A stretch of 21,691 bases of DNA. It comes from Armatimonadota bacterium (GTDB lineage: Bacteria; Armatimonadota; Hebobacteria; CAIYQO01). Every line of letters starts with the position of its first letter. Positions within the stretch are counted from its first letter, which is position 1. The notes beneath the pieces were generated by a model that saw only the letters and a list, made by a program, of their open reading frames with translations, had not been told where the DNA came from and made no database searches. The position numbers and the translations under genes were made by a program. Positions 17,015-21,691 of this stretch are shown piece after piece. The stretch is taken from NCBI GenBank assembly GCA_038248345.1, contig JBBRXO010000047.1, forward strand, positions 1-21,691. Direction: 5' to 3'.

Positions 17015-17776
17015 CTAAATCGTCGGCATCACGTTGCCGCCACACACCGGGATATAGGCGCCGGTGATGAAGCTGGCCAGGTCGGAGGCGAGGAAGGCCA
17101 CCACATTGGCGATCTCCTGGTCTTCACCGCGCCGTTTGAGCGGCACGTTCTTTTCATACTCCACCTGGCGCTCCGTACCATCCTGGCGATATTTATCGCT
17201 GACCGTCCAGCCCGGCGCTACCTGATTAACGGTGATGGCGTGCTCCCCGATCTCCTTCGCCAACACGCGCAACACCCCATCCATGCCACGCTTGCCCGAC
17301 ACATAGGCGGACTGTGACTGGGCGGCCTGCATCGCGCATTCGGTATTGATGCCGATCACCCGGCCCCACCCGCGGCTGATCATCGCCGGGACAAAGGCCT
17401 TGACCATAAAGACATTATGCAGCACACAGGAGCGGAACTGACTCTCGTAATCCTCCGTGGCCTGCTCCAGCACGCTCGTCCAGTTATATTGGCTGACGGC
17501 ATTGTTCACGATGATGTCAGGATCGCCCAGGGCGCTCACAATCGCGACCCGCATCGCCTGCACGCTTGGCTGATCGGTGATATCCGCTTGCACTATCATG
17601 CCGCGCACCCCCAGTGCCTGCACCTCGGCCAGCAGCATCTCGGCACATTCCCGGTTGCGCAGGTAATGAATGGCCAGATCGGCCCCACACCCCGCCAGCG
17701 TGCGCACCATCACCCGCCCCAGCTCCCCGGTGGCGCCAGTAACAACGGCGACTTTTCCTTTTAAATCTATCTGCAT
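17015..17776 (-). CDS. Short-chain dehydrogenase/reductase (FabG-like)
   Basis: TGATGELG, IVNNA, catalytic YVSGK and VNQVAPG; RBS GAAGGAG. Confidence 0.92.
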   Translation of the reverse strand: MQIDLKGKVAVVTGATGELGRVMVRTLAGCGADLAIHYLRNRECAEMLLAEVQALGVRGMIVQADITDQPSVQAMRVAIVSALGDPDIIVNNAVSQYNWTSVLEQATEDYESQFRSCVLHNVFMVKAFVPAMISRGWGRVIGINTECAMQAAQSQSAYVSGKRGMDGVLRVLAKEIGEHAITVNQVAPGWTVSDKYRQDGTERQVEYEKNVPLKRRGEDQEIANVVAFLASDLASFITGAYIPVCGGNVMPTI

Positions 17777-18111
17777 CTGTCAATCTCCTTCAAAAATAGT
17801 TCCACGTTTCAAGTTTCAAGGCTGGTTTAGCGTGTTCAAATCCAGCCAGCCTGTTCCCCGGTATTTATACCGGGGTGGCACGTCCACATTATAGCGGTAA
17901 ATGACGAGGTATTATACTCTAATGACTCAATCTCTCATCCTCATTAATTATTAGTTGTGCTTCTTCAGGTGAAAGAATTACTGTATGGTTTGTGATTGTA
18001 CTATAAGGTTATTCAGTAGTTATAATCCCTAGTTTTTTCCACTATAATCATAAGCCACAATTCTACTTGAAGGAGGCGGCGTTATTATTATCGATCCAAA
18101 TTTTCGATATT

Positions 18112-18609
18112 TTACCCATTTTTGATCACCCTAGAAGAACCCGTGTCAATGTCAACGATCATAATAGAAGCCTCCTTGCTTTGATAACCATAATCACAAA
18201 TCATGATGTTGTTATCTGACAAATACGATATCTGTGGGTTTGTATTATGTCGCAAAATATCGCTATTCAGCTTAATCTCCTTAGCATTCATTTCAGAAGA
18301 TATGACTCGCATCCCACCTTCATAGACGTATGCTATATAACCATCATGCACAGCAATATTGCCAATTTTTTTCAATGGCAGTTTATTGCCATTGTCATAC
18401 AGCAATCTACCATTGGAATATATTACTTTGTTTTGTACTTTAATCCATTCGTCGCGTAAATCTCCACTTTGATGTAGCCTTAGCATATATACTATCGCAT
18501 ATACTGCTATCGCAATTGCGAGCACAACACCGGCCATGTACTTTTTATTATATATTACAGTTTTTATATTGCAGCATCCTGTTCCGCGCCATTCTGTTTT
18601 GTGAATCAT
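18112..18609 (-). pseudogene. AT-rich hypothetical membrane-anchored protein, probably truncated or degraded
   Basis: Composition is visibly more AT-rich than the flanking genes. An N-terminal TM (MAGVVLAIAIAVYAIVYML) is followed by beta-rich sequence, and the downstream 17915-18110 gives only short frames broken by stops. Start uncertain (ATG also at 18537). Confidence 0.4.
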
Positions 18610-18679
18610 AACTTAACGCCTGACCATTGTAAATAGCGGGTTTCCTTTGTCCTGGAACATGATCTGACGAAACTATCAA

Positions 18680-18890
18680 GGGATTGAAATCCCGGCTGCA
18701 GGGCACTGCGTGCCGGTCGTCCGCCTTCGCGGACTTTACTGAACTGAATGATAGCGCGCTTCCCGAAGGCTGTGAGCTTGTCGAACAGAGCGTGCTTGAT
18801 CTTACTTGTAGGCCATAGCCAAGATGGCGACGGTTTATAGCCACGTGCTTTAGCGCGTGGTGAAGGAGCGTAGCCCCGTTCTCATGGGCA
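18680..18890. repeat. REP-like composite element
   Basis: gggattgaaatcccggctgcagggca..gtcgtccgccttcgcggact..gccatagccaagatggcgacgg is shared with the 2172 and 11741 elements; gccacgtgctttagcgcgtggt is also present. Confidence 0.75.
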
Positions 18891-18922
18891 GGAACCCCCG
18901 TCAAGTATAATACCATTCGAGG

Positions 18923-20128
18923 TCACCTGCGCATCAGCATACGCCGTATCTTATTGAATCCCTGTACCAGGTTGACCACCGGTTTGAAGTACCACCCCTG
19001 CATCTCCTGCGCCACCTCGCGCAGGTGCTGGCGGATGGGCAGGTGTTGCGGGCACAGTTTTTCGCATTTGCCACAATCCTGGCACAACGAGGCATAGGCG
19101 GGCTGGCCGCCGTCCATGCCGCAGGTGTAGGCCACATAGCTGATCTGCGAATTCCTGTCGTGAAAGAGATTTTTCGTGTTATAGGTGCTGAAGCAGAAGG
19201 GGATATTGACACCAGCGGGGCAGGGCATGCAGTAGCCGCAACCGGTGCAACCCACCTTCAGTTGCGCGGCGATAGTAGTCTTCACCTCGTCAATGAGCTG
19301 CAGTTCCGCGCCGGTCAGCGAGTTGGGGGCGGCTTCGCTGGCAATGCGGATATTCTCCTCGATGTAGGATTCCTCGTTCATCCCGGAGAGCACGCATGTT
19401 ACTTCGGGGTGATTCCACACCCAGCGCAACGCCCACTCGGCCGGCGTCCGCGGCACCGCTGCTTTGTCCCACACCGCCTGCACCGACGCGGGCATCTTCC
19501 CCACCAGGTTGCCGCCGCGCAGCGGCTCCATGACGACTACGCCCAGCCCCTTGGCCGCGGCATATTCCAGCCCCGCTTTTCCCGCTTGGAAGTGTTCATC
19601 CAGGTAGTTGTACTGGATCTGGCAGAAATCCCACGGGTAGTCATCCACAATAGCCTTAAACTGGTCGAGATCGCCGTGGTAGGAGAAACCGATGCGCCGC
19701 ACTTGCCCCGCCGCCCGCGCTCGCTCAATAAAACCCTCCACCCCCAGCTGTTTGGCGCGTTGCCAGCCTTCCAGCGTGTTGATGGCATGCATCAGGTAAT
19801 AATCCACCCGGTCGGTCTGCAGCCGCTGCAGCGAGGTGGCCAGATAACGTTCCATGCTCGCCACCGAGTTGGCCATCATCAGCGGAAGTTTGGTGGCAAT
19901 GAGCACCCGATCTCGGTACCCCTTCGCCAGGATACCTCCCAAGACCGACTCACTATTCCCATAGGCATACGCCGTATCAAAGTAGTTCACCCCACCCTCG
20001 ATAGCGCTGATAATTTGCCGCTCTGTTCGCGCAATATCGGTGTGTTTATCCAGCAGGGGAAAGCGCATACAGCCGTAGCCCAAAATAGAAACACGATCCC
20101 CCGTTTGCCCCATTTGTCGGAATAACAT
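18923..20128 (-). CDS. Aldo/keto reductase with C-terminal 4Fe-4S dicluster domain
   Basis: LGYGCMRFP, NYFDTAY.YG.SE, IATKLP, QIQYNYLD, MEPLRGG, CTGCGYCMPCP and CQDCGKCEKLCPQ. Start placed at MLFRQM. Confidence 0.93.
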   Translation of the reverse strand: MLFRQMGQTGDRVSILGYGCMRFPLLDKHTDIARTERQIISAIEGGVNYFDTAYAYGNSESVLGGILAKGYRDRVLIATKLPLMMANSVASMERYLATSLQRLQTDRVDYYLMHAINTLEGWQRAKQLGVEGFIERARAAGQVRRIGFSYHGDLDQFKAIVDDYPWDFCQIQYNYLDEHFQAGKAGLEYAAAKGLGVVVMEPLRGGNLVGKMPASVQAVWDKAAVPRTPAEWALRWVWNHPEVTCVLSGMNEESYIEENIRIASEAAPNSLTGAELQLIDEVKTTIAAQLKVGCTGCGYCMPCPAGVNIPFCFSTYNTKNLFHDRNSQISYVAYTCGMDGGQPAYASLCQDCGKCEKLCPQHLPIRQHLREVAQEMQGWYFKPVVNLVQGFNKIRRMLMRR

Positions 20129-20157
20129 CGGCACACCCCCACTCTTTGTATGCATTA

Positions 20158-20166
20158 ATTATAACA
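20158..20166 (-). promoter_or_regulatory. Extended -10 promoter for the aldo/keto reductase gene
   Basis: TGTTATAAT on the minus strand, about 30 nt upstream of the ATG. Confidence 0.5.
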
Positions 20167-20227
20167 TCTTCTGCGGGGGAGAACGTCTTGGGGAGTGCCG
20201 CTCCAGGAGTTATATTGAAGTAGTTGT

Positions 20228-20323
20228 GTAGGGGCGCAAGGCTTGCGCCCACGGCTTAAACTCTCAATATAATGGTCATGTTCTCGATACCCCGCTCTTA
20301 GGGCACATGCCATGTGCCCCTAC
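20228..20323. repeat. GTAG-type REP doublet (REPIN)
   Basis: gtaggggcgcaaggcttgcgcccac ... agggcacatgccatgtgcccctac; inverted homolog of 3615-3709. Confidence 0.78.
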
Positions 20324-20381
20324 ATATCACTGTGGCAAACTCCCGCTTATCTGCTACAATAGCAGTAACTGGAGAACACAC

Positions 20382-21691
20382 GTGCATAGCAGTAACGAAG
20401 ATATTCTGGGCGGGTTGAATGAACGGCAACATGAGGCGGTGACCTGGGGGGAGGGGCCGTTGCTCATCTTCGCTGGGGCGGGGAGCGGCAAGACGCGGGT
20501 GCTCACCCACCGTATCGCTTACCTGATGCGCGTGCATGGAGTGGGCGCGGAGCAGATTCTGGCGGTCACCTTCACTAATAAAGCGGCAAAGGAGATGCAG
20601 TCGCGCATCTCCCGGCTGGTGGGGCGGCAAGCGGGCTACATGTGGACGGGCACCTTCCACGGCACCTGCGCGCGCATCCTCCGCCGTGATGGCGAGCGCA
20701 GCGGGGTGGCGAAGAACTTCGTCATCTTCGATACCGATGATCAGCTCACCGTCATTAAGGACTGCTTCAAGGAGTTCAGTATCGACCCCGCCCGGCTGAA
20801 GCCGAATGTGGTGCTCAATCGCATCAGCAGTGCGAAGAACGAGCTAATGACGCCGGATGAGTATGACGATATCGCCAAAACCCCCGACATGAAGGCCACC
20901 GCACGCGTCTACCACAGCTATCAGGAGCGGCTGCGTAAAAACCATGCGCTGGACTTCGATGATCTGATCATGGAGACGGTGAAGCTGCTACGCAATGTTG
21001 AAGAGGTGGTTGAGGAGTACCGCGAGACTTTCCGCTATATCTTCGTCGATGAATATCAGGATATCAACCGCGCCCAGTATGAGTTTATCTCGTTATTAGC
21101 CTCGAAATACCGTAACATCTGTGTGGTGGGCGATGACGACCAGAGCATCTACACCTGGCGCGGGGCGGACAGCAGCCTGCTGCTGCGTTTCGAGAAGGAC
21201 TACCCGGAAGCGCATGTCATCAAGCTGGAGCAGAACTACCGCTCGCCGCAACTCATCCTTGATGCCGCCTATGCGGTGATTCGCGAGAACAAAGTGCGCA
21301 AGGAGAAGCGCCTGTGGACGGAGCGCAGCGGTGGCGAGAAGATCCAATGCTACCTGGCCAATGACGAGCACGGCGAGGCGTATTTCATCGCCAGCGAGAT
21401 CGCCACCCAGGTGAAGAGCGGCACGCATAAATACTCGGAGATCGCCGTCCTCTACCGCATCAACGCCCTCTCCCGCGTGCTCGAGCAGATGATGATCAGC
21501 CAGGGCATCCCCTACCGCATCGTCGGCGGGTTGAAATTCTTCGCCCGCAAGGAAATCAAGGATGTCGTCAGCTACCTGCGCGTCCTCTACAACCCCGACG
21601 ACAGCATCAGCCTGCGCCGCATCATCAACTGCCCGCCGCGCGACATCGGCGCGAAAACCGTCTCCAAGCTGGAAGAATTCGCCGCCCAGCG
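20382..21691 (+). CDS. pcrA: ATP-dependent DNA helicase PcrA/UvrD (5' part, runs off the window)
   Basis: Translated by hand from the GTG at 20382 (RBS GGAG): LNERQHEAV..GPLLIFAGAGSGKTRVLTHR, ILAVTFTNKAAKEM, GTFH, LDFDDLI, VDEYQD, VVGDDDQSIY.WRGA, LEQNYRS. Confidence 0.95.
   Translation, partial: MHSSNEDILGGLNERQHEAVTWGEGPLLIFAGAGSGKTRVLTHRIAYLMRVHGVGAEQILAVTFTNKAAKEMQSRISRLVGRQAGYMWTGTFHGTCARILRRDGERSGVAKNFVIFDTDDQLTVIKDCFKEFSIDPARLKPNVVLNRISSAKNELMTPDEYDDIAKTPDMKATARVYHSYQERLRKNHALDFDDLIMETVKLLRNVEEVVEEYRETFRYIFVDEYQDINRAQYEFISLLASKYRNICVVGDDDQSIYTWRGADSSLLLRFEKDYPEAHVIKLEQNYRSPQLILDAAYAVIRENKVRKEKRLWTERSGGEKIQCYLANDEHGEAYFIASEIATQVKSGTHKYSEIAVLYRINALSRVLEQMMISQGIPYRIVGGLKFFARKEIKDVVSYLRVLYNPDDSISLRRIINCPPRDIGAKTVSKLEEFAAQ

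Noticed and set aside
19025..20125. 366-aa plus-strand ORF, and similar antisense ORFs elsewhere such as 7253-7765, 10212-10802 and 15276-15860
   Set aside because: Shadow frames opposite well-supported genes in GC-rich DNA, with no recognisable motifs.

Overview
GC-rich bacterial chromosomal window; gene content is loosely suggestive of an Armatimonadota-like organism, which cannot be confirmed from this sequence. It holds mostly housekeeping and metabolic genes: a partial multi-PAS membrane sensor, a URO-D-family protein, DUF488, ferredoxin and DUF1540 genes, a TPR protein, a GspG-like pseudopilin, ricT/PSP1, queF, two alpha/beta hydrolases, an MFS transporter, an SDR, an Fe-S aldo/keto reductase and a partial pcrA/uvrD. 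Many intergenic spaces carry REP/REPIN-like palindromic repeats of several families. Stand-out observations: (1) a solitary, intact SPP1-type phage portal gene with no other phage genes in the window, with its own near-consensus sigma70 promoter containing a LexA-box-like palindrome and bracketed by a 16-bp inverted repeat; (2) a diverged tandem duplication of a unit encoding an lmo0937-like micro-protein and a membrane-anchored collagen-like protein, whose non-coding parts keep base-paired hairpins while the loops change; (3) a DEDDh exonuclease fused to a WYL-like domain; (4) a group II intron 3'-end-like remnant next to a MITE-like element with TIRs and a 9-bp direct repeat; (5) a degraded AT-rich insert. 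All family assignments come from motif recognition by eye; no database searches were run.
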